A stretch of DNA of 64,000 bases. It comes from Octopus sinensis (taxonomy: Eukaryota). The stretch covers positions 27,528,001-27,592,000 of the forward strand of contig NC_043020.1 of assembly GCF_006345805.1 (NCBI RefSeq), given 5' to 3'. Positions 41,601 to 54,800 of the stretch are shown in pieces. Both the position numbers and the translations under genes were made by a program. Positions within the stretch are counted from its first letter, which is position 1, and every line of letters begins with the position of its first letter. The notes beneath the pieces were generated by a model. That model saw only the letters and a program-made list of their open reading frames with translations, was not told the origin of the DNA and made no database searches.

Positions 41601-44283
41601 GTTTTTAAATGAAATGTCAAATATTCATTAAAAAAAACTGAACTAAGACTGGTTTTAACATTCTCTGTTGAAAAGTGTGAATCAACAGATGTTGTGTGGC
41701 CAGCTTAATGTTTTTTTGTTTTTGTGCCATATTTATGGAAGCAGAGTCGCAGATGGCTTTCTTGGTACGGCTGCATGTGGATGATCTAGCAACACCTTGC
41801 AAACAGTTGACCCTTTTGTTACTCCTTTACTTGTTTCAGTCATTTTGACTGTGGCAATGCTGGAGCATCGCCTGTAGTCGAGCAAATCGAACCCTGGACT
41901 TATTCTTTTTGTAAGCCCAGTACTTATTCTATCGGTCTCTTTTTGCCGAACCGCTAAATTACAGGGACATAAACACATCAGCATCGGTTGTCAAGCAATG
42001 TTGGGGGACAAACACAGACACACATACATATATATATACATATATACGATGGGCTTCTTTCAGTTTCCGTCTACCAAATCCACTCACAAGGCTTTGGTCG
42101 GCCCCAGGCTATAGCTGAAGACACTTGCCCAAGATGCCACGCAGTGGGACTGAACCCGGAACCATGTGGTTTGTAAGCAAGCTACTTACCACACAGCCAC
42201 TCCTACGCCTAAAATATTAACGTTAGCTGTATTCATTTTGAGTTGCTCTGTGTTTCTTTCAATTAATTTTGAGTATAACAAAGAGTTGTGGAGGCGCAAT
42301 GGCCCAGTGGTTAGGGCAGTGGACTCAAGGTCGGAGGATCGTGGTTTCAATTCCCAGACCAGGCGTTGTGTGTGTTTGTTGAGCGAAAACACCTAAAAGC
42401 TCCACAAGGATCCGGCAGGGGGTAGTGGCAACCCTTGTTGTACTCTTTTGCACTCTCTCTTCCTGTTTCTTGAGTAACGCTGCGATGGACTGGCGTCCCA
42501 TCCAGCTGGGGGGAACACATACACCACAGAAACCAGGAAACTGGGCCCATGAGCCTGGCTAGGCTTGAAAAGGGCGACGTTTATCATTATAACAAAGACT
42601 TTAGTAAAATAACTTAGTTATCATTAAGCTAGTGTTGGGAGCATAAATTGTGGAAGATTTTAATTAAAAACTTATGAAAACAAGACATTTGTGCTACAGA
42701 GGGTTTCAGCCTGGTTGGTATCAAAAGGGTTAAGAATTGCTTCTCTATTATATATTTTAACCCTTTTGTCACCATATTTCTGTTAAGATGATCTGTGTTT
42801 CTTTCAATTAATTTTAAATATAACAAAGAATTTAGTAAAATAACTTAGTTATCATTGAGCTAGTGTTAGGAACATAAATTGTGACTAAGGTTTGGTGGAA
42901 GATTTTAATTCAAAATTTATGAAAACAAGACATTTGTAACAGGTAATTTTACATGCTACATATCATCATCATCATCGTTTAACGTCCGTTTTCCATGCTA
43001 GCATGGGTCGGACGGTTCAACTGGGGTCTGGGAAGCCAGAAGACTGCACCAGGCTCCAGTCTGATCTGGCAGTGTTTCTACAGCTGGATGCCCTTCCTAA
43101 CGCCAACCACTCCGTGAGTGTAGTGGGTGCTTTTTATGTGCCACCTGCACAGGTGCCAGGCGAGGCTGGCAATGGCCACGATTCGGATGCTGCTTTTTAC
43201 GTGCCACTGATATATATATATATATAGTCAAATCTTCCACCCCATGCCAGCATGGAAAGTTGACATTTAACGATGATGATTGCCTCAAGCATGACTGTGT
43301 AATTAAGAAGTTTGTTCCCACCATGTTTATGCGTATCTGATTTTACTGTCATGGATGTCGAGATCTGTGTTTAAATTCAGGAAGGTTAGGAAGCCGTGAC
43401 TAAGATACCAGGCGGGATTAAAGCACGTCAACTCACCAGACAGGAACACGATAACATTTCAATCTAATATCATACATATTCACCACAACAACAAGGAAGC
43501 ATTGACCTGCTATAAATAGCAGCTAAATTTCTTAGAAAAATGTAAACCATCTCTAGAAAACAAAACACCAAAAAACACGGGCATAGGAGTGGCTGTATGG
43601 TATGTAGCTTGCTTACGAATCACATAGTTCTGGGTTCAGTCCTACTGCGTGGCACCTTGGGCAAGTGTCTTCTACTATAGCCTCGGGCCGACCAAAGCCT
43701 TGTGAGTGGATTTGGTAGACGGAAACTGAAAGAAGCCCCTCGTATATATGTGTGTGTGTGTGTATGTTTGTGTGTCTGTGTTTGTCCCACCAACATCACT
43801 TGACAACCGATGCTGGTGTGTTTATGTCCCCGTAATTCAGCGGTTCGGCAAAAGAGACCAATAGAATAAGTACTAGGCTTACAAAGAATAAGACCTGGGG
43901 TCGATTTGATCGACTAAAGGTGGTGCTCCAGCATGGCCACAGTCAAATAACTGAAACAAGTAAAAGAGTAAAAGATTGAAAAAAAAAAACCAAACACAAT
44001 GGACATTGCAATTTGGGATGGGACAGCCACAACTGGAATGTCTGTTATGTGTCTGTTTGATCAGGGCTAATTGATAGTAATTGTTTTTTTGTTTAAGGTA
44101 CAGGGTGGATGTTTCCTTGTTTCTGTAGAAACAGGTTTAATAGTGGGGAAATATTACCTTATTTGGAAAGAAGTGAGGGGGTTTGGTGTCAGTGGTGGGG
44201 CATTTGGCTGTAGAAAGTCAGCCGCAACAGATTCTGTCTTTGCCATGGGATCATGGGAAAGTAGACTTTGAAATGATGATGAT

Positions 44284-44318
<35 letters not shown>

Positions 44319-45718
44319 TGTGTAGTAAGAAAAGAGAGAGAATGTAAAAAAGAAACAGAATGTCTGTGAGGGAGAGAGAGAGAGAGAGGTAATAGTGTGT
44401 TAGAAGGAAAAGGGAGTGTGTGTGAGAGAGAGGTAGAATGTAGCCTGTGGATGAGAGAGAGAAATAGATAGAATATATTATGAGGGAGTGAGAGAGAGAG
44501 AGAGAGATAGAAGATAGTGTGAAAGAAAGAGAAAAAGAGGAGATAGTGTGTGTGAGAGGAAGAGAGGAGATATAAGGTCTGTTTTATCTGTGTGTGTGTG
44601 AGAGAGAGAGAGAGAGAGTATTTCTTTATTTACCATAAGGTTGAGAAAAAGAGGGGTCGATAGGAGGACAGGCAAAACAAACATTGGGGTCAGGGTATTG
44701 AATAAGATGAGACGAAACAACAATATGAGTAAACAAACAATTAATATATACAATTAAATGAGAATTAAACAAAGAATGAATCGGGCAGTGTAATGGGTGT
44801 CACAAAAAAGGAATATGGGTGTGTATATATTTATTTATGTATAGTCATGTGTGTGTGTATATATATACATATATCTGTGTGTGGGTGTGGGTGTATACAC
44901 TACTCTTTATATTTCTCTATGCATGTGTCTGTAATTGTAGATATATCTGGCAGCCAAGGCAATCCAGCTAGTGACCACCCCCATCATTGTGTATACCAGG
45001 AACTAGATTATTCAATGTGTTTACTTTCATGTTTAAAGTAGCAGCGTGTATAATCTGAGGGTAATTTGACTGCTATTTCTGACAGTTTGAGTATCTACAT
45101 AGAGGCTCCTTTGTTGGCCTCCATGTTCATTTCTCCATGTATATATATATATATATATATATATTTAGTGTAGGAAGAAATGGAGCTGAACGAAGATTTA
45201 ACAAAATTCCTTTTTATTATTTTCTACATATGTTTCAAAAGCTGCAAAGTCCATAATTCGGATTGAATAAGGAGTCCATTTTGCAGCCTTCTCTTCAGGA
45301 AAATCCAGGAACTTAATTCTCCAACAAAATGCACAGCAAGCTTTTCGACAAACGCTCACGAGGAGCCCTTGGAATAAATGGCACAAACTGTCTATGCTGT
45401 GCATTTTGTTGGAGAATTAAGTTCCTGGATTTTCCTGAAGAGAAGGCTGCAAAATGAACTCCTTATTCAATCCGAATTAGGGACTTTGCAGCCTTTGAAA
45501 CATATGTAGAAAATAATAAAAAGGAATTTTGTTAAATCTTTGTTCAGCTCCATTTCTTCCTACACTAAATATATAAAACTTAAAATTTCCGCACTAAGGC
45601 ACGGATTTTAGGCCCCATGGCTGTAATCTCAACCATGCTTTTTCTGTTGTGATTTTTGCTACCCAGGTGTCGGTTATCATTTGAATAATCCGTAATAAGA
45701 TAATTCATTTATCTACTT

Positions 45719-45767
<49 letters not shown>

Positions 45768-45828
45768 AGAATGTTTATGGGTATATATGGGCACTTATAC
45801 ATACCATAGCTTGTGACATGTGTGTGCA

Positions 45829-45897
<69 letters not shown>

Positions 45898-48800
45898 GTT
45901 ATTATGCAAAAGTGTCATAAGTCCAAAATGTTCAGATAACAAAAAATAGTTTCACCGTTCCATTTCTTTTTACATTAGCAACAGCTTCAGTCAAACAGTA
46001 ATTCTTTGTTTGGTACATAAAATCTTACACTCCATGCATGTAGGATATTTTCAGTCAGAAATATTTTGGCAAAAACTGTCGTATGTGGGACTTATCCGTT
46101 GAATAAGCTGCCGGACGAGATAGTAAAGATGTCGACAACCGCTCAGTTCAAAGTCTCTCTTGACCAGAAATGGCCTGAACTCTTTGCATGAACACCCTCC
46201 CTGTACATAACTCCCTGTCCCCCTACATGGCCTTGCTTTTTGCTTTTGAGCCAAAAAATTAACTTAACTTAACTTACTATACTTTTGAAAAATGCTAAAC
46301 CGTTGTACTACACTTTGACAATTTTCATATCTTGGCATCGGGAGCAACTGGAGATATGATAGTTTGACAAAATGAATCAGCTGTTGTAAGTAAAATTAAA
46401 TATTGAAAAAAATGCATTTCAAGGCAGTGCTCCAGCATGGCCACAGTCAAACGACTGAAACAACTAAAAGAATAAAAGAATAAAAGAATTAGCCAAATTT
46501 GGACACACAACAGTTTAACCTAGTAACAATGATGTGTATATATATATATATGTGTGTATATATATAGGTGCAGGAGTGGCTGTGTGGTAAGTAGCTTGTT
46601 TACCAACCACATGGTTCCGGGTTCAGTCCCACTGCGTGGCACCTTGGGCAAGCCTTGTGAGTGGATTTGGTAGACGGAAACTGAAAGAAGCCCGTCGTAT
46701 ATATGTATGTATATATATATGCATGTGTGTGTTTGCCCCCCTAGCATTGCTTGACAACCGATGCTGGTGTGTTTATGTCCCTGTTACTTAGCGGTTCGGC
46801 AAAAGAGACTGATAGAATAAGTACTGGGCTTACAAAAGAATAAGTACCGGAAGTACCGGGGTCGAGTTGCTTGATTAAAGGCGGTGCTCCAGCATGGCCG
46901 CAGTCAAATGACTGAAACAAGTAAAAGAGTATATATATATATCTATATATATCTATATCATCATCATCATCATCATTTAACGTCCACTTTCCATGCTGGC
47001 ATGAGTTGGACAATTTGACTGAGGACTGGTGAACTAGTTGGTTGCACCAGGCTCCAATCTTAATCTGGCAGAGTTTCTACAGCTGGATGCCCTTCCTAAC
47101 GCCAACCACTCCGAGAGTGTAGTGGGTGCTTTTATGTGCCACCAGCACGAGGGCCAGTCAGGTGGTACTGGCAATGGCCACGAAAATATTGTGTATTTTT
47201 TTTATGTGTCACCTGCGCACCGGCACAAGTGCCAGGAAGGCGATGCTGAAAAACATAAATCCAAAAAAAGGAAGAATACTCTAAGAAATCGACCTTGTCT
47301 AGCTTTAATATATTTATTGGGTCATCCCATAAATAATGCGTTTTTTATATACTTTTTTTATTTTTCAAAATTAATATAAGCAAATTTGTTTTTTAATCTA
47401 AAATATACTCTCCTTCGTTTTCTACAATGCTCTTCCATCTATCTGGTGGACTTGTAAAGCCCTTCTTCTGAAATTCACTTGTCCAAGACGAAAAATACTC
47501 TTCCAGTACTGTTCTGACCCCATCTACAGAATTCATATTTTATCCGTCTAAATGATTTTGAAGACTGCGGAATAAATGATAATCAGATGGACCAATGTCC
47601 GGCGAATATGGTGGGTGGGGCATCGTTTTCCATTCAAACTGCTCCAGCCTTTGGGATGTCATCCTTGCTGTATGTGTCCAAGCATTTTCCTGATGGAAGA
47701 ACACCTTTCATCTTGAAACTAAAGATGGTCGCTTTTCTTCTACCATTTGTCTTGTGAGGAAAGACTGAAGACGCTCGACCTTTATTCTCTAGAAAAACGA
47801 CGATGCCATGGTGATCTCATTCTTGCTCACAACATCATAAGCGGAAAGTGTAACCTCTCGAAAGAGCTGTTCTTCACGCCTGCTCCAGAACGTCGGCTGC
47901 GGGGTCACTCCGAAAAGCTGTATCTGCGACGATTTCATCTCAATCAAAGGAGAGGGGCTTTCTCCGTCCGGGTTGCGGATCCGTGGAATAAGCTGCCGGA
48001 TGAGATAGTGAAGATGCCGACAACCGCTCGGTTCAAGGTCTCTCTTGACCAGAAATGGCCTGAACTCTTTGCATGAACACCATCCTGTACATAACTCCAT
48101 GTCCCCCTACATGGCCTTGCTTTTTGCTTTTTGAGCCAAAAAATTAACTTAACTTAACTATTCGCAACGCTTTGTTCAGCCCAAGGCTATATAGTAGAAG
48201 ACACTTGCCCAAGGTGTCACACAGTGGGACTGAACCTGGAACCATGTGGTTGGTAAGCAAGCTGCTTACCACACAGCCACCCTAACCAGTAGGCCATGCG
48301 TATATAAAAATGAACAGCACAGCTTTCAACAGATTTTGATCTTGAATGGGATCTCATCAGAGGTGTGCTGCATCATGTGACCAGTACACACACTCACACA
48401 CACACACACACGTACACGTACTATTCGCTGTTCTGCATCTTATCTTGCTCTTAGATCTTGTTGCAGCCACCCCTCCAATCCTATCCATTTTGTCAGTGTT
48501 TCCCCACCCACCCTTCATTCACCTCCCCACATTATCTTGCAACCCACCCACCTGCCCACCTGTACTCACCTTACACCTTATCGTTACCTGTCCATCGCAG
48601 CACCTCTTCATTATTCTCTCTTTCTCTCTGTCACTTCTCTCTTATTAGATGTGAGTAGCTATGATGGTCCCTTCGCATGACCCCTTCCTCCCACTCTTCT
48701 CATAGTAATCCCCCTAGCATGAAACTTACTCTCCCCATCACTCCCAGGGCTCGTAGTCCTGCGAACTGCATGCTGACCTCAACAGTGCAATGTGGATTAA

Positions 48801-51800
48801 GTGCTATTGCACTCTAGGGGTGCAGGTGCACCTGAATAGTGCAACAGTACTTGGGTCACACTGTAAAGTGGTTGACTCAGGAAGGGCATCAGGCTGTAAA
48901 AAAACCATGCCAAAGCAGACCCCGGAGCACAATGCAGTCCTTGGACACATTGGACCCTAAGAAACCATCTGACCCATGCCAGCATGGAACAGGGACGTTA
49001 AATGATTCTTCACTCCTGCTCCAGAACGTAGGCTGCGGGGTCACTCCGAAAAGCTCTATCTACAACGATTTCATCTCAATCAAAGGAGAGGGGCTTTCTC
49101 CGTCCAGGTTGCGGATCCGTGGAAAAAGCTGCCGGATGAGATAGTGAAAATGCCGATGACCGCTCGGTTCAAAGTCTCTCTTGACCACAAATGGCCTGAA
49201 CTCTTTGTATGACCACCCTCCCTGTACATAACTCCATGTCCCCCTACATGGCCTTGCTTTTGCTTTTTGAGCCAATAAGAATTGAATTGAATTGAATTGA
49301 TAATGATGATGATGATGTTGCACACTTTCGTATAAATTTGTACCAGGCGCAGGAGTGGCTGTGTGGTAAGTAGCTTGTTTACCAACCACATGGTTCTGGG
49401 TTTAGTCCCACTGCGTGGCATCTTGGGCAAGTGTCTTCTGCTATAGCCCTGGGCCGACCAATGCCTTGGTAGACGGAAACTGAAAGAAGCCCGTCGTATA
49501 TATGTATATATGTGTTTGTGTGTCTGTGTTTGTCCCCCTAGCATTGCTTGACAACCGATGCTGGTGTGTTTACGCCCCCATCACTTAGCGGTTCGGCAAA
49601 AAGAGACCGATAGAATAAGTACTGGGCTTACAAAGAATAAGTCCTGGGGTCGAGTTGCTCGATTAAAGGCGGTGCTCCAGCATGGCCGCAGTCAAATGAC
49701 TGAAACGAGTAAAACAGTAAAAGAGTAAAGACCAGTTTAAAAAAAAGAATATAGAGGAAAAGGAAGATTAGGAGAGGAAAAGGAAGAGGGGAGATTGTAC
49801 TGAAGCAGGGCGTCCTCTTTCTTTACTCATCTATTTACATTAAGCGATTGCAGCAAGAAGCGGGGGGGGGGGATATGACTGGGTAGGTGGGGGAGTGGGG
49901 GTGTGGGTGCCGTTTGGCTTATTTTGCTCTCCCCCCCACCTCCCTCCGTTTTGGTGATTACACTATTAGTCTGTTTCGTTGAATAAAGCCAAACCCCCAC
50001 CCCCCGTGTACATCTGTTTCTCCCCCGTCCCCTACGCCTACGTCTGTTCATCCTTCCCCTAATTCAAGTCTATTCTCTCTTGCACCCTTTGACTGTTTCA
50101 GTTTTACCTTTGCTCAATGCACAGCATGTTAAAAATCACACCCATATATACCCATATATATATAATTATTTATGGGTGTGGTAACCAGTGAATGCATGTG
50201 TTTATATGTGGGTGGTAGTGGTGGGTCTTTGTGTGTGTGTGTGGAGCAGGGCATCTTTGCTTAAGCATCTATTCGCCCCTCCATGCTATCATTATATAAT
50301 ACGTATTTGCATACACACTTTTGCAGAGGCATGGGGGTTCACACTTTAATTCCTCATCATATGCATGTCCCTGTCTGTTTATGTATATATGTGTTTAAAA
50401 ATAGGAGTGGCTGTGTGGTAAGTAGCTTGCTAACCAACCACATAGTTCCGGGTTCAGTCCCACTGTCTGGCACCTTGGGCAAGTGTCTTCTACTATAGCC
50501 TCGGGCCGACCAAATGCCTTGTGAGTGGATTTGGTAGACGGAAACTGAAAGATGCCCGTCGTATGTATGTATATATATATATAAGTGTGTGTGTATATGT
50601 TTGTGTGTCTGTGTTTGTCCCCCTAGCATTGCTTGACAACCGATGCTGGTGTGTTTATGTCCCCGTTACTTAGCGGTTCGGCAAAAAGAGACCGATAGAA
50701 TAAGTACTGGGCTTACAAAAAGAATAAGTCCTGGGGTCGAGTTGCTCGATTAGAGGCGGTGCTCCAGCATGGCCGCAGTCAAGTGACTGAAACAAGTAAA
50801 AGAGTAAAAGAGTATATATATATGTATGAATAAAGGCTTGGCTGTGTGGTAAGAAGCTTGCTTCCCAACCACATGGTTCCGGGTTCAGACCCACTGTGTG
50901 GCACCTTGGGCAAGTGTCTTCTACTTTAGCCATGTTTATCTTTGTCATTACCTGTATCCTATGAGCATAATATGCTTGCATATGTATGCCCAGGGTTAAC
51001 ATGGGTAATTTTACTGGTAATATAATGGATATTTTTATCCCTTAGACGGTTATTCCAACCTCTAACTCTACTAACCTATATATATATATATGTATATTCA
51101 AAATGTGACCGCGTGTGTACCGTTGGCGATTTTTTTTCCTCTGTCTTCCCTTCTCTGGATCTTTCCTTCTCCTATGTTTCCGACGAAGAGCTCCGCTTGA
51201 AACGTTAAACCCTCCTTCTTTCCTTCTTTCCTGAGCGTCCAATAATACTATATTTGTTCCACGTCCTCGCGTTGTTGTGTTTTTTGTGCTTTCTTGTTTG
51301 GATTAACTATATATATATATATGTGGAGGTACAATGGTCCTGTGGTTAGGGCAGCGGTTTCGATTCCCAGACCGGGCATTGTGAATGTTTATTGAGCAAA
51401 AACACCTAAAGCTCCACGATGCTCTGGCTGTAGGATGGTGGTGGTGGCGACCCCTGCTGTACTCTTTCGCCACAACTTTCTCTCACTCTTTCCTCTGTTG
51501 GCCTGCTCACTTAGCCAGCGGGGTGGCGTCATTTGAAGGCTAAACCAATGCGAAGCGCTTTGTGACCAGCGATGTGTAACAACATCTGATAGCCTGGTCG
51601 GTCACGGTGATCACAGTGATATATGTATATATACATATCAAAGAAACTAATGAACAAGAATGCAAAACATTCAGAGCGCTTTAACAGCAAGGCATACACG
51701 GAGGGGCAATGACCTCTGGGCACAAGGTTACAGGTCTTTTGATATTCAAATTCATCTATGGCACTTAGTCATTCTTTGTGTTATCGGCTACCCTCTCCCC

Positions 51801-54800
51801 ATCCTACTTCTTATCTATCTCATTCTCCCCTCATCCCTCTCCTCTCCCAAGGATGATAGAAGCAAAGTCAGACTATGGTGGTGGTGGTGGAATTTCAACT
51901 GGAATAAACGATGATAATATTTAAGTACATAAACGTAATGGAAATTTGAAAGCAGTTATAAAGTTCATTCAGATAAATGACCCGTCTTTGTTTCTTGCTT
52001 AGATTGGCATGTCTGTTTTTATGTTGAAGTTTGTCTTAGAAATTACTTTGCTGATTGATAGCAAAAGGAAAGGTGAATTGATTGATAGACAAGATAGCCA
52101 GGTAGATTGATAGATGTAGAGAAAGAGAAAGAGAGAGATTGATAGACATAGATAGGCATTCATAGATATATAGATATATATTTCAAAATGTGACCTCGTG
52201 TGTACCGTTGGCGAATTTTTCCCTCTGTCTTCCCTTCTCTGGATCTTTCCTTCTCCTATGTTTCCGACGAAGAGCTCCGCTCGAAACGTTAAACCCTCCT
52301 TCTTCCCTTAGCGTCCAATAATACTATATTTGTTCCACGTCCTCGCGTTGTTGTGTTTTTTTGTGTTTTCTTGTTTGGATTAACTATATATATATATATA
52401 TATTTTCCTCTGTCTTCCCTTCTCGGGATCTTTCCTTCTCCTTTGTTTCCAACGAAGAGCTTCGCTCGAAACGTTAAACCCTCCTTCTTCCCTTCTTTCC
52501 TGAGTGTCCAATAATACTTTATTTGTTCCACGTCCTCGCGCTGTTGTGTTTTTTTGTGTTTTCTTGTTTGGATTAAACTATATATATAGATAAATAGATG
52601 TGTAGAAAGACAAACAAGATGTCCACAAATTATCTTTACAGTTCAGAAAAAAAGTGAAAAAATAAGGATCAGTCATTAGGGGCCTCCAAATCTTTTGAGT
52701 TCTTTTACAGGGCTTAGAAAAACTGAAGGACCGCTGCAATAAGTGTGTGAATCTGGGAGGGGAATATCTTGAATAAAATCCTAATTAACTGATCCTCCTG
52801 TATTTTCGTTTACCCAAAACCAGGAACTTTTCAACCCCCTTTTATATACACCTTGGGAGCCAGGAAACCGACTCTATGAGCCTATATGAATCGGGAAGGC
52901 TCTTTGTAGCCTAATTTTATCCCAGACACTCACCACTATAGGCTATTTTTATTACTGTATTCATGTAGGAGGTTTCCATTATCGTGATGGCTTGCTTCAT
53001 ATTCAGCTGTACAGCTAAATTACTTGTTTTAGAAACGGTGATATTTACTGCTGAAGTACTTTCGTGAAGTTTTGTAATGTACTCTTAGATATCTTTAAGC
53101 ATTGCCTGCTTTAATGCACAACAGGCAACTTTTCTCAGACATGAGCTGCTGAAACTGGGACGCATCTGATATGCCCATGCAGCCTTTATGCTATCAAGTA
53201 CAGGTAAGACAGGTAGATAGGTATGCAGGTAGGTAGGATATGGAGGTAGGTAGATACACAGACAGACAAACAGGCATGCACACAAGGAAGGGTGGTTAGA
53301 GTGATAAATAAATAAATAGGTTGATAGAAATGGTCTTGATGTAGGAATGACTTCACTTGGCTTTGATTCTGAGGCTTATGATGGGGGAAAAGGTGGGGAT
53401 GTGTGTGTGTGGGGGGTTAGTGGAACAGAGTGCTCAACACGTGACTCTAGCACTTCAAAGGTAGATTTTGATGGCCTGTATCACTAAAATCACCAGAGAG
53501 GATGAAGAAGTGGGGAGAAACCCAGCCCATTTATATATGTGTATCCATCCATCCATCCATCCATTCATCCATCTGTCTGTCCGTCTATTTATCTATCTTT
53601 CGCTTGTTTCAGTCATTACACTGTGGCCATGCTGGGGCACAATCGTGGAGACTTTTAGTCAAATGAATTGACCCCCCTGGTACTTATTATTTTTTTGTAA
53701 AGCCCTGTACCTCTTCTATCGATTTCTTTTGTCAAACTGCCAAGTTATAGGGATGTAAATGTACCAACACTTGTCAAGAATTGGTAGGATATACACACAC
53801 ACACACGACAGGCTTTATTCAGTTTCCGTCTACCAAATCCACTCACAAGGCTTTGGTCGGCCTGAGGCTATAGTAGGAGACACTGGCCCAAGGTGCCACG
53901 TGGTGGGACTGAACCCGGTACCATTTGGTTGGGAAGTAAGCTTCTTACCACACAGCCACGCTCTTTTAACACTTTTGTTGTTATGTTTCTGTTTAAATAA
54001 GCTTCCCTTTTGTTTTAATTAATGCTGAAAATAACGAACGATTTAATGAAGCAACTTCTTTATTTTGCTGCTGTTTGGAACATAACAGAAATTTTTTGAT
54101 AAAAGCTTTTAATTTGAATTCCTCTTTTGTTACGATGCGTCTGTTGAAATACAATGTCTTTCATCTTCAACATCATCATCATCATCATCATTGTTTTAAC
54201 CCCCTCAGCTTTCAGATTATTCTGTTAAATGGATAGTTTATTTATTCACATCATTTTGAATTAACCCCTTTTGTTACCATATTTCTGTTGAGATGCTCTG
54301 TGTTTCTCTCAATTATTTTAACTATAACAAAGAATTTAGTAAAACAACTTAGTTATCATTAAGCTAGTGTTAGGAACATAAATTGTGACTAAAGTTTGGT
54401 GGAAGATTTTAATTCAAAACTTATGTAACCAAGACATTTGTACTACAGACCCTGAGATGGTTTCAGCTGGGTTGGTATCAAAAGGGTTACGAATTGTTTC
54501 TCTATTATATATTTTAACCCCTTTTCTTACCATATTTACTTTGAGATGCTCTGTGTTTCTTTCAATTAATTTTAAATATAACAAAGAATTTAGTAAAATA
54601 ACTTGGTTCTCATTAAGCTAGTGTTAGGAACTGTTATGATGTGGGTGCTTCCCACAGTTATGATGTGCAGCCACTGTTGTGACTGTAGCTATTGTATAAA
54701 CTCTAGTAGCCATGGTAATATCCTGGTATTGGATACGGTGTATCTCTTCTATACCGGAATGTTAATACACAACTTCATCTATTGTGCTATTTCCGATAGC

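Larger units (their letters stand above)
45158..45720. mobile_element. Penelope-like (pLTR) inverted-repeat element in (TA)n with hammerheads in both arms
   Basis: ~180-bp inverted arms (45158-45338 / 45395-45575), right side extended to 45720, (TA)n on both flanks. Confidence 0.8.
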
